Shown here piece after piece: positions 50,172 through 64,000 of a stretch of 64,000 nt of DNA. The stretch covers positions 95,294,001-95,358,000 of the forward strand of contig NC_043003.1 of assembly GCF_006345805.1 (NCBI RefSeq). The letters run 5' to 3'. Positions within the stretch are counted from its first letter, which is position 1; each line of letters begins with the position of its first letter. Source of the DNA: Octopus sinensis (Eukaryota). The position numbers and the translations under genes were made by a program. Below the pieces are notes generated by a model. It saw nothing but the letters and a program-made list of their open reading frames with translations, searched no databases and was not told where the DNA came from.

Positions 50172-50245
50172 TCCTGCCTTAAGTCTTTCCTTCATACACA
50201 CAAGCTCAATTTGATTTGTCCTCACTCGAAAGACACCTGCTGTTG

Positions 50246-50480
50246 AGGCGGCGAGCTGGCAGAACGGTTAGCACGCCGGGCGAAATGCGTAGCCGTATTT
50301 CGTCTGTCGTTACGTTCTGAGTTCAAATTCCGCCGAGGTCAACTTTGCCTTTCATCCTTTCGGGGTCAATAAATAAAGTACCAGTTTCGCACTGGGGTCG
50401 ATGTAATCGACTTAATCCGTTAGTCTGTCCTTGTTTGTTCCCTCTATGTTTAGCCCCTTGTGGGCAGTAAAGAAATATAT
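50246..50480 (+). mobile_element. SINE family A
   Basis: Full consensus match. Confidence 0.9.
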
Positions 50481-50823
50481 ATTCTTGTAGTTTGTATTTG
50501 TAATATGTCCTCTGTTTTTTGTCGTTAGTTGTTGTACACATTCACTTGATTTCTTGCAAAACCCCTAATGCTCTTAGCTTAGAATTTTTGGTGGGGCGGG
50601 GGGGGGGGGGGACCAGATCGAACAGTCTCAAGTGTAACGGCCCAAAACTGTAGGGATATCTGGTAACTTGAGAGACAAAAAAAAATGCTACAAATGACCT
50701 GTCCTTTTTTTCTTGTCCCTCTAACTGTTGTTTTTCCTGTCCGTCTTGTATCATCTATCTCTTCGGATGTTTTATTGTCCTCTATTGGGTTTTTGTTCCA
50801 TTATATGCATACACACACACACG

Positions 50824-50875
<52 letters not shown>

Positions 50876-50965
50876 CACATACACACACACACACACACAT
50901 ATATATATATGTACACACACATACACACACACACATATATATGTACACACACATACACACACACT

Positions 50966-50997
<32 letters not shown>

Positions 50998-51339
50998 GCC
51001 TGATATATGTGTATGTGCTTTCGTGTTTTAAGCACGAGGAAAAAAAGGGGAATTCACGAAAAAATCTTGCGATAATCTTTGGTAAATTCAAGGCGGGGTG
51101 AGTGGTGGACTTTTGGGTAACAACTGTTGTGTGATTATCTCCCTTGAGTTTAATGTTTGGGAAACAAATATTTATATTATATGATATCCTGGGTATGTGT
51201 AATGTTCGTATGTGTAATGTTTGCGTATTGAGGGAGTTCATCATGGAAGTATGTGTCTTCTATGTGTGGAGTTCATGTGATATATTTAATGTTCACGTTC
51301 AGACAAAAACCCATCCTGGTATGATCGCCAGAGTGGATG

Positions 51340-52010
51340 GTTGTTCTTGTTTGAAATGTCGAAGAGTAAAATGGTGTTTATGCATCAATGGAGAGAAGGT
51401 TTCATCCCCAATGTTTAAGATGTTATCCTTTGATTTGACTATATTTAGCTTTCCAGTTTACATTTGGTATCTCGTCCCCTGTATTTTCTGCCTTTAGGAA
51501 TAATGCTCTACGTTATCTGAGGATTGCCTATTCCTCCTTTCAATAGCCTTATCATATTGGATAGGGATGTCGCGTGTCTTTTAGTTTTGTCCTTGAATGA
51601 CGCCAACTGCTGTACGTATCTTTCCTTGAATGTGATATCTGTCATTCCGATGTAGGTCTTTGTTACTCCATTGCAGCCCATGATTTTGGCCTTGTATACA
51701 AGTTCTTTTTCCAGATAGCTATTATCTATATGTCAGCGGTTCCGAGATCTACAGTTACAGTGTCTTTCAGGTGTATTCCTGGCGGAATTATTATTATTAC
51801 TATTATGATTATTATCGACCCTACATTGGGAAGGCAAATCGAACTAACTTTAACAGTGTTTCTATTGAATATCTTATGGCATTTGTGTGTTTTAGGGAAG
51901 TGATTATCAATTAATTTTAAGAATTTCCTAGCTGTTAGTGGCCACATTCATGCTATAAAGATTCATCCCTCTTGATTTTTTGTCTTTGTTTACTAAAACC
52001 TCTCGTGAGA
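51340..52010 (-). pseudogene. Penelope-like element: RT-EN linker and GIY-YIG endonuclease
   Basis: [54 protein letters not shown]...KTYIGMTDITFKERY...SF...T.LS (GIY-YIG), then KCKL and LN...HKHHF. Frameshifted. Confidence 0.85.
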
Positions 52011-52210
52011 CTTTATCATGAATACGATAGAATAAGTACTAAGGTTACAAGGAATAAGTCCTGGGGTCGATTTCTTCGACAAAATGGGGGTGCTCCAGCA
52101 TGGCCAAAGTCAAATGACCGAAACAAGTAAAAGAATATGTATGTGTGTGGTGTGTGTGTGTGTGTATACTAGTGTACATGCACATACACATATATACATA
52201 TGTCTGTATA

Positions 52211-52598
52211 CAGGGTGCGATGGGTAATTTGTTGCCATTTTATAGTTTTAATTTCGCGCATGCATATTGTTTGTTTTTGATTTTGTCGACTACACAGTAT
52301 AGTAGGGTCAGTTGGGCACCGTATGTAAGAAAAACAGCACAATGACGCAATTCACTCTGCCAGAAATTTGGAAACGACATGCTGTATTGCTTGCCATTCG
52401 CGCCGGAAGCTCCAATACGAACATTTTAGAATGTTTGGATGTCAATCTGAGAACAGTACAATCTGAGGACTGCAATCTGAGGACATGTACCGAGAGTGAT
52501 AAAAATCAGATATTTGGTAAATATATCTGTTAAAATGAAGCGCCAGTGTTAGTTTCACTTTTGCGTAATTTAGACGACAGTTTATTCACCGCACCCTG
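52211..52598 (+). mobile_element. Non-autonomous Tc1/mariner (CAGGGTG TIR), TA TSD
   Basis: TA-CAGGGTGCGATGGGTAA ... TTATTCACCGCACCCTG-TA. Retains a transposase start (WKRHAVLLAIRAGSSNTNI). Confidence 0.8.
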
Positions 52599-52630
<32 letters not shown>

Positions 52631-52694
52631 TGTATGTATGTATGTATGTATGTATGTATTATGTATGCATGCATGCATGTATGTATATATTTTT

Positions 52695-53200
52695 ATGTCA
52701 GGTCACTTTCGAGTGCTACTGGTAACATGTAACCCAGTACAACCTATTGCATGGTCGGGTCGTTACTTGGTGAGGAGGGGGTGTTTATTGGACACCCTGC
52801 GGGATGAAAAACAAAACTCGTCAAAGGGCGGAGGAACTCTTGAGAGTCAACGGCCATCCAATAAATGTCTTACGGCTGTATCATGCGCGGGGACATAGAA
52901 ATAATCGGACTGAATACCCGATCGCGCGATTAAACCATTGGGAGTGAAGGACTCCTAGCCTTTGTTAGAGCATCCTTCAAGGAGAAGGTAACTCAGGTAA
53001 CTGGGATAACTCCGACATAAAATCTGCGGCTCAGTGGTTACCGATGATGTTGACTTGCTCTTCTTTTCGGATTATGGCTGCTGTTGCTTAGTGAGTGAGA
53101 TTGACTCAGTGCACAGCCTTCCCTCACTTAAAAAAAATATTCTTGCACAGGCATTGCACGATAACAACCTTGATTAAGCTTCGTGCAATGGTCATACTCG
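52695..53200 (+). mobile_element. Unclassified GC-richer interspersed repeat, possibly RTE-type 5' leader
   Basis: Several short hairpins (CACT-TTCG-AGTG, TACTGG...CCAGTA, GGGTGT...ACACCC); sits between microsatellites; no ORF recognised. Confidence 0.3.
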
Positions 53201-53239
53201 ATAACGAGGGGGAAGACACCATGTATGTATGTATATATA

Positions 53240-54492
53240 TAGGGGTTGGACAGAATAATTGGAACATGTGTTAAATTCAATGAACCTTTTTTCAATATGG
53301 AGTTGGTCCTCCTTTAGCTTTCTGAACAGCTTCGATGCATCTAGGAATTGATTCCTTCCTGACTTCATTGAGAGAAATCTTGAGCCATTCTTCCTGCTCC
53401 AGTTGTTGCTGACACGACGGTGAAGGGTAACGACTTCTAAATTCTCGCTCAAAGATGTACCACAGATGCTCAATAATATTAAGATCTCGAGATTGAAGGG
53501 GCCACTCCATGAGTTGTAGCTCACTACTATGCTCTTCATACAATTGTTAACCACATGAAAGGTGTGTATTGGAGAATTGTGATCTTGGAAGCTACACTCA
53601 CTATCAGGGAATAATGCCTGGACCATGGGAAGGACTTGATTTCCCTAAATATTCAGATAATCATTGCTTTTGATCCTACCATGCAGGGCAACGATTGGAC
53701 CAAGAGAATTCCAAAAATTTACTGCCCAAACAATCACAGACTCTCCTCCGTGCTTCGCTATAGGAAGAAGGCAGTCAGGATTAAAAGCTTCCCCGGGCCG
53801 CCTCTACGCATAAATTCACCCTGCAGTGGGGAAAAGAGAAAAACTGGACTCGTCGGAGAATATTACTTGCTTCCATTGGTCTGTCGACTAGCCCTTGTGA
53901 TCTCTATATTAGTTCAACCATTTCTGAATGTTTTGATGAGGAAGTAGAAGTTGCTTAATGGCGGCTCTTCCATGATATCCGGCTTTATTGATCTCACGGC
54001 GAATAGTTTTGATCAAAACTGGACTTACCAGGTGTTGAGTCAACTATGCAGTCAATTTAGAGGCAGTTGTCCGGTGATTTTTCATCAAAATGCGATTCAA
54101 ATCTCGTCGGTTTCATTCAGTGAGTTTCGAATTCCTACCGGGATTGCTCCTCCTATTGGAGGTCTTGTCCTGCTCCCCAAATTCAGTCATGGTCCTTGAT
54201 ATGGTAGCTCAGGAAAAACCAGGGAGACAGCTGTTCTGGTGATGCAAGCTCCTATCATTCGAGCTCCAACAATTTGCCCTTTTTCGAACTCAGTGAGGTC
54301 ACGCATCTTAGCTTAATTTATACAACGATCTGAACAAGTGATAGAAATAATCGTTAAATTAGATGAATAAGACAATTTACAATACAAAAAATCCCAGTCA
54401 CAATGAAATTTGGATGGATATTCGTAATATAATGTCTCATTGAAATATAGGAGTTAAATTTCTACTCTTCCAGATATTTTGTCCAACCCCCG
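53240..54492 (-). mobile_element. Full-length Tc1 (DD34E) element, transposase 54306 to 53292 inactivated
   Basis: TIRs GGGGTTGGACAGAATAATTGGAA / TTCCAGATATTTTGTCCAACCCCCG. MRDLTEFEKGQIVGAR, WKQVIFSDESSF, FQDHNSPIH, WPLQSRDLNIIEHLW, AKGGPTPY. Confidence 0.95.
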
Positions 54493-54667
54493 TATATATA
54501 TATGTGTGTGTAAATATAAGTATGCATTCATTTATATAAGTTTGTATATATATATATATATATAATATATATATATATATTCATTATACATAATAATAAA
54601 TTATTATTACCAGTGGCCTAGCACAAAAAACGAATTAGTCGTTAGACTATATATTATTCATATAGAA

Positions 54668-54858
54668 ATACAATAAGAGGCTTCCAAATAGGAAAGCGTT
54701 GTGCTAGAAAGAGCAGTAGAAATCTCAAAAAACCACAAAAAAAGGATAATTATCGAAAGAATGAAATAAAAATTCCTTTCGAGAATTTATCCTTTTTTGT
54801 GGTTTTGAGAATTTCTACTGCTCTTTCTAGCACAACGCTTCCTATTTGGAAGCCTCTT

Positions 54859-54865
<7 letters not shown>
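54668..54865. repeat. Foldback in (TA)n: about 90-bp inverted arms, about 16-nt loop
   Basis: ATACAATAAGAGGCTTCCAAATAGG...TCGAAAG / CTTTCGA...CCTATTTGGAAGCCTCTTATTGTAT, with a few indels. Confidence 0.9.
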
Positions 54866-57334
<2,469 letters not shown>

Positions 57335-57560
57335 GGCAAGCTGGCAGAAACGTTAGCACGCCGGGCGAAATGCGTAGCCGTATTTCGTCTGCCGTTACGT
57401 TCTAAGTTCAAATTCCGCCGAGGTCGACTTTGCCTTTCATCCCTTCGGGGTCGATAAATCAAGTACCAGTTACGCACTGTGGTCGATGTGATCGACTTAA
57501 TCCGTTTGTTTGTCCTTGTTTGTCCTCTCTATGTTTAGCCCCTTGAGGGTCGTAAGAAAT
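57335..57560 (+). mobile_element. SINE family A
   Basis: Full consensus match. Confidence 0.9.
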
Positions 57561-57620
57561 ATATATATATATACACTTTATTTAAAGCAGCAGAAAATTC
57601 AACAAAACCTGTTACTCTAT

Positions 57621-57672
<52 letters not shown>

Positions 57673-57689
57673 CGTATTACGTATATATT

Positions 57690-58171
57690 TGTTGTGCAAG
57701 ATTTTTTTTATGTGAAATCGTGTGTTGAAACAGATATTGTTGTATTTCGGAATGGTCATTTTGCCAGTTTAGTTATTTAGTTCAGTGTTATTTATTTTTT
57801 ACATTAAACTTAATCTTATTTCGGCCAGAGTTCTTTCGTCACACTCCTGTGACCGCATCAGTGGTCCTTTGCTTTCTTCTTTCTTATTTGTGTGTCTCTC
57901 TTTACTAACCGTCAGCCATTTTGTATTTCTACTCTATGTGTCTTAATTTGCGCATGCGTATATCTCTATGTGCGTCTATGTTTAGTTAGTGTGTGTGTGT
58001 GGGGGGGGCTGTAATATTTGTATCTTCTGTGACGAAAGAACTCTGGCCGAAATAAGATTAAGTTTAATGTAAAAAAATAAATAACACTGAAGCAAAGTAA
58101 CACCAAATATATAGTGCGTGTGTTTTTATTGGCTAAACTGGCAAAATGACCATTCCGAAATACAACAATAT
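57690..58171. mobile_element. Inverted pseudo-LTR-like cassette in (TA)n (arms 57734-57843 / 58028-58171)
   Basis: Arms are reverse complements apart from an approximately 35-40 nt indel. The leader at 57696-57731 is similar to 31141-31174. Confidence 0.75.
57823..57867 (-). ncRNA. Variant type I hammerhead-like fold (C at position 9)
   Basis: GGACCA-CTGATGC-G-GTCACA(GGAG)TGTGAC-GAA-AG(AA)CT-C-TGGCC. 6-bp stem II, GAAA, short stem III, CUC triplet, stem I CCA/TGG plus GG/CC. Confidence 0.5.
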
Positions 58172-58339
58172 ATGTATATACATACATATATATATACACA
58201 TATATATATACATACATATACATACATACATACATATATAGAGGAGACCATTCCGAAATACAACAATATATGTATATACATACATATATATACACATATA
58301 TATATAAATACATATACATACATACATATATAGAGGAGA

Positions 58340-58672
58340 CCCACTTCGGTCACGACACAGACCATGGGGTTGCACCTAGAAAGTTACCCTCCGAGGCACA
58401 AATCCGGGCATGCTTGTTTATGGAAAATCAGCAGTCATCCATGAATACCGGCATCTCCTCTCCACGCCACCGATGTTATCCAAGGGAAAGGCAAAGGGGC
58501 CGATACAGCATGGCACCAGTGACGTCGCAACTCATTTCCACAGCTGAGTAAACTGGAGCAACGAGAAATAAAGTGTCTTGCTCAAGAACACAACACGCAG
58601 CCCGGTCCGGGATTCGAAATCTCAACATCACGGTCATAAGTTCGACGCTCCAACCACTGGGCCATACGCCTT
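58340..58672 (-). mobile_element. SINE family C subfamily copy
   Basis: Reverse match to 11852-12190. Confidence 0.9.
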
Positions 58673-58685
58673 CACTATACACACG

Positions 58686-58689
<4 letters not shown>

Positions 58690-58719
<30 letters not shown>

Positions 58720-59108
58720 CATACATTCATATATATATACATATATATATATACATACATTCATATATATATACATATATATATATACATACATTCATAT
58801 ATATATACATATATATATACACATACATTCATATATATATATACATACATTCATATATATATACATATATATATATATACATTCATATATATATACATAT
58901 ATATATATACATACATTCATATATATATGCATATATATATATACATTCATATATATATACATATATATATACATACATTCATATATATATACATATATAT
59001 ATATACATACATTAATATATATATACATACATTCATATATATATACATCTATATATATATTACATACATTCATATATATATACATATTATATATACATAC
59101 CATTCATA

Positions 59109-59160
<52 letters not shown>

Positions 59161-59165
59161 GCATA
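58690..59165. repeat. Compound microsatellite with recurring ATACATTCATATATATATAC unit
   Basis: About 12 CATTCAT anchors spaced roughly 30-36 bp apart. Confidence 0.85.
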
Positions 59166-60639
59166 TATTTATGCAGTGTGAGAGAGGGACAAGGAAGTGA
59201 GAATCAGTTTGAGGATAGAGTGGGGTGGGGAAAGAAATACTAATTATGAAGGAGTGAGCATAAATGCAACATAAAAGAATGAAGGAGAGAAAAAGATAGA
59301 AAGAAAGTAAGAAAGAAAGAAGGAAAAAATAGAAGGAAAGAAAGAAATGGCAATACGAGGCCAGGGGACTTAATTAACTGCAGCCTATAACACAAGTTAG
59401 TCAATGTCTGTTGTTTGTTATTAGATGAACGCTGCACAGAAGACAAATTTGACCGTCGCTGACTATGGGAGAAACTACAGAGCAGATGAGAGTATCGCGT
59501 CATCACACGTGTTTTAAGGACGAATAGAAAGTCATTACAAAATTTGGGATCTGGATGAAAAATTGATTTTGATTCTTTTTTTCCTAATGAAATAGAGATC
59601 GTCTGGAAGCAGGGCGAGAAAGGAAGAGAATATGAAGACGAACATGTAAGTTGGAATATTAGTGAATTGTTTCATTTTTGTTGTTGTTCTTTTGATCCAT
59701 GATCCATTGAGGGTCGCTCTATACGACCTGCTAGTAATAGTGATGAAATCTCCTTTAAATAAAATTTATTTAATGAGATATAGGATGGACATATTGGAAG
59801 GAGCAGTCTAAGATAAACTATGTACATGAAAGGACGGCATGGTCGTGGATTGAATGTCTTAAATCATAAGTATGATTGACCTAAGCCTAACTGAAATCAA
59901 ACAATCAATTTTTTTCCACTTGCAAATAATATTTAAGGATATGACTTCATATATGCATACATATATACATACATACCTACCTGCATGCATGCATACATAC
60001 ATACATACATGCATGCATACATACACGGATACATTTGAATACATAACTATATAAAAAATTCGTTAGAAACAGCTGTAGTGAATTGACACATCCATCTGTT
60101 ATCATTTATTTATTCACATATGTATATATATTAGAAGAAATGAGGTACTCAGAAAATCGGATGGTTTATATTTGCAGATATTTATTTGTATATTACATTT
60201 TTTATACATCATATAACTTCGATCATGTATTAGCGCTTTCTCCCATTCTAGTGGGGTTTTCAAATCAAACATATATATATATATGCACACATGCATGCAT
60301 ACATATGAATGTCTGTTCAAAAGGAGAAAAGAACTGAACTCTCTCACTTTCTCTCTCTTTCACCCTTCACATTCAATTCCCGCAGGTGTCTGCATTCATG
60401 GACCTCTATGCCAAAGTCTAAAGATTCGTGAAATTCCATAAGAAAGCCAACTCTCCATCTAGTGTTTTTATGCCTTAGCCACAAGACTATGTTCCCTAGT
60501 TTGATTCCTGTGACTGAAGGCCCTGGCAGATATTACAACTCCCACCCCACCCCAATCAGAACAGACCACGAGAATCGTGTAACTAAAATGTAATACTACA
60601 CTCAAGAAAACTCCTGAACTTCAAGCTGGAGCCTCACCC

Positions 60640-60895
60640 CCTTAGGCAGTTTAATGCCTTGTCCAAAAGAGACCATCTATGGAGAACTAGTGAGAAACTT
60701 ACAACTCTTATATTTAGACAATAGATTTCTATTTGTATCGATTGCCATAGGCACACTGGGTTATATAACAACAGATTTGCATAAAAGTCGAGAAATTCTG
60801 GGGTTCCCGAAGAAAAATAAGACTGACTTGCATTTTTCAAAAACAATGGCCTGTATTTGAGGAGGTGCGAGTTGGTAAAATCTACAAATTCTTCA
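60640..60895 (+). pseudogene. RLE-LINE C-terminal relic, same family as 12555-13165
   Basis: YGELVRNLQLLYLDNRFLFVSIAIGTLGYI...ILGFPK...VGKIYKFF aligns with YVELLRNLQLLYPHYKFRFILVNIGTLGYV...KLGFSK. Confidence 0.7.
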
Positions 60896-61539
60896 GTCCT
60901 GTGCTCAACATTGGTACACAATCACATAATACATATGGAACACATATACATACCCATACATACACATACACACATACACATTCTCACTCACATGCACGAA
61001 CAGTAACGAAGCAAGCATACTTGTGTACTACTAAACTGACATCCAGACCCACAACGAAACTACAAGTTTATCCGCACGCACATACACACATACCTATGCA
61101 CAAATCAATCGAGATAACAGAAGTGTGGCTTGTATGAATTTATTGGCTGTTGGTGAAATTGTTTGTGTTGTTCCATAGTTTAGTCTACTAATCTATTCGC
61201 GCATTTGATATTAACTAATGTTTCTTTCAACTCTTATTTACATACGTGTGTTTGTAAGTGGCATTGTGAAGCATTATGTTTAAGTAAAACCTAGCTGTTC
61301 GATAAATAGAGAGTTGTAAAATGAGTACCAGTCAGGTACTGGATTAATGTAAATCGACGATTCCTGCCCTGAAAAATTTAAGGCATGTATCTCTAAGAGA
61401 AATTATTCGTTAGAGCGAAATATCCAATAGTATTTAATTACAGTACTTTACGTCCTGAATTCGGATCCCATCGAGATTATCTTTGCCTTCTTTTATCTCG
61501 CAGGAGTCGATAAAATAAAGTACTAGACTAGTATAGAGT

Positions 61540-61905
61540 TGCAAAGAGTCAGTTCGAAATGTCACAAGTGAGACGACAACATGCATCAACAGGGTCAGTG
61601 GCGAAATGCGACGCAGACACTGGAACCGAACCGGACATATCCTCGGACAAGATCGAGAAAGCGATTGTATGGAGGCATTAAAATGGCGGTCTGATGAGAA
61701 TAGAGCAGCAGGGCACCTTAAAACCACATGGCAAAGGACCATTGACAAGGAAAGGAGAAGAGAAAAATGGAGAAGCTGGAATGAGACCAGAATAGTGGCA
61801 TAAAACAGCTGGTTGGAGAAATCGTGTTGCGGCCTTGTGTGTCTCATGGCATGGAGATAACTAACTAATGGAAATAACTAACTAATTTACTTACTAACTA
61901 ACTAG
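61540..61905 (+). mobile_element. RTE-clade LINE 3' fragment with (TAAC)n tail
   Basis: RRRHWNRTGHILGQD...ALKW...RAAGHLKTTWQRTIDKE...W...A...WRNRVAALC. Confidence 0.75.
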
Positions 61906-63059
61906 AGGGGTGGAGTAAATGGTATCGACTAACCCCAGCTCTCAAAATTGTTGAGATTGTGCCTAAATTAGAAACAATTATTATTAGAGAAATCAACGAC
62001 AGAATCGGTTGCGCACTGAGCGAAATCCTTTGTGGAATTCTTGATAGTTTCTCGATTTATAACTCTCCCTTCAAAATACAAGGCCTTGTACTTCTGCTAG
62101 AAATTATGATTTCTTTGTTTTCCAGTCGGTATGTATACTTTTTTTCCATGTTATTCCAGAGTTTTAGCGACGATTCATGAATGTTGACAATGCATATTTC
62201 CTCCACATGTAATTTTGTGAATACTTATGTTTTTGTGTGTACATATGTTTGTGCGTGTTCATGTTTCTGTTGGCCATTTCATGAATACACCATTGCTACT
62301 ATATAGCTGCCAATAGTCCCTTAGGGCAAACACTATGATCCAAATCATTCCGAGTTTTCTTTTTGTTTTTTTTTTTGGGGGGGGGGTCTATTTTTATGCT
62401 TAATCTATCCCGCACTACACTGTCCAGTGTAGCCTTCTCTTTTAAGGATGGGAGTCTGCAGTCTGACGAGTATTTAGTTACTGCTAATTCTAGCACATAG
62501 GAAGACCACAAAAAGACTCCAAGTTTGTTCAGAGTGGTTATGCTGTTTTATAAAGGTGTATCATTTATTTTAATTTATCTATCATTTATTTAATGTATCC
62601 GCTCAATTTAGTTCACATATATTCCCGATAGTAACAACTTTCCTAAAGATCTAGATATTATCCAGACAAAACATTTCCTGGGCAAACCTAGGTACTGAAA
62701 TTTAACCTGGTAAGTTTCACATTTTTAGTCTAATTCCATTTTTATTACTACCAAAGTTCTCATCACTATGAGTGTCACTACGGTATCGATTCGCCATAAT
62801 CTTACTACTTCTATCTGTCAATCCTTGTGTTAGAATAAATGTTTTTCTTGTTTCACTGATTGCTCTGTTCGTGTACGTGAAATATTAAATATATAGATAT
62901 AGATAGTACACTCAATTGATTTTTACTTGCTTTTAAGCTTATATTCAGTTTCGTGACTAAGACTTTTCCTAAAAATTAAATTAAATATTTAAACCAGAAA
63001 AGGTCATGCAAGAAGGTCCTTTTTTAAGATCAATACAGTTGATGTTTGGATCAGGTGTT

Positions 63060-63260
63060 AATCTACAAGACTGACAAAAGTCTCTGTCTTCTGGATTAAA
63101 ATTTGTTGTAAGATGTGCACGAAGAGAGAATTCCATATGGGTATAATGCTGGGTTGGAAGGAATCGAATAAAGCATTAAGCTTAAGAGTTGATGGGTGAG
63201 ATAGAGAGTGATGATAATGATAAACATGTGCAAATAACGGGCTTGGCCGCAGGATGACAC
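63060..63260 (-). mobile_element. Possible CR1/L2 3' relic
   Basis: LNALFDSFQPSIIPIWNSL resembles the SFFP.TI..WN.LP tail motif. Confidence 0.35.
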
Positions 63261-63324
63261 ACAAAAATTATTTGTAGTGTCGTTGAAACAGACAAAAATA
63301 ATTAAATAAATAAAAATAGTGTAT

Positions 63325-63360
<36 letters not shown>

Positions 63361-63819
63361 TATGCTAGTTATAATATGTTGGTTAGAATTTTAGCTAATC
63401 AGCTCTATGTCTCTTTGGGGGTTTTGATTGTTTGTTTTAATCTGTGTGCGGTGTTTGTGCGTGTAGCAATGGCAGTGATTCAGAAACGCAAGTATTACAC
63501 TTATGGCTTGGCACTGAGCTTTGCAAAGGAAATTTGCACTGGTCGAAGAAGAAATATTTTTCTGGTCCTGATTAAGTGTTGTAATATTTAGAATGCACTC
63601 TTAGCAATGTTATACATAAGTTCCAATGAATAAGCATTGGATCAAGGTTTGAAACCAGCTTTTTCTCTTTTGACAAGACAATTTAGAAATATAATCGAAT
63701 AAAACAAAATAAACAAACACACACACGTGTGTGTGTGTGCATCTCGTGAATGGTGTATGTATGTATGTATGTATGTATGTATGTATGTATGTATGTATGT
63801 ATATATGTATGTATGTATG

Positions 63820-63970
63820 TATTCTTTTATTACTTTCAGTCATTTGATTGCGGCCATGCTGGACCACCACCTTGAAGGGTTTTAGTCGAAGGACTTATTC
63901 TTTGTACGCCTAGTCTCCTTTACCGAACCATTAAGACGTAAACACACCAACATAGACACAAAGACACACT
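63820..63970 (-). mobile_element. SINE B 3' fragment
   Basis: CAGTCATTTGATTGCGGCCATGCTGG...GGACTTATTCTTTGTA. Confidence 0.75.
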
Positions 63971-64000
63971 CATAAATATATACATATATATACATATATG

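Overview
AT-rich, repeat-dominated animal DNA. The SINE families, microsatellite load and transposon mix point to a coleoid cephalopod (Octopus); this is inference, not a database result. Most of the window is microsatellite ((TA)n, (CA)n, (TATG)n) plus three abundant tRNA-derived SINE families, called A, B and C here. The rest includes several Tc1/mariner copies (two full-length with TIRs), a Merlin/IS1595 transposase fragment, an RT-less Gypsy element, RTE, CR1/L2 and two RLE-type (Hero-like) LINE families, and Penelope-like element (PLE) remnants. One host gene is supported: three phase-compatible plus-strand exons (32582-32646, 35091-35398, 36878-37146). They encode a 10-aa Ser/Arg-rich tandem repeat followed by a C-terminal SAM-like domain, with a possible first exon at 8984-9063. 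The most striking unannotated signal is a set of type I hammerhead ribozyme folds in PLE pseudo-LTR-like cassettes, most sitting in or beside (TA)n tracts. Two have canonical cores (790-882, 7183-7232), and one lies inside a 137-bp foldback with a compensatory G3:C8 core swap (31325-31377). A related inverted cassette has a C9 variant core (57823-57867), and there are several decayed copies. All folds were done by eye and family assignments come from remembered motifs. Repeat boundaries are approximate to tens of bp.
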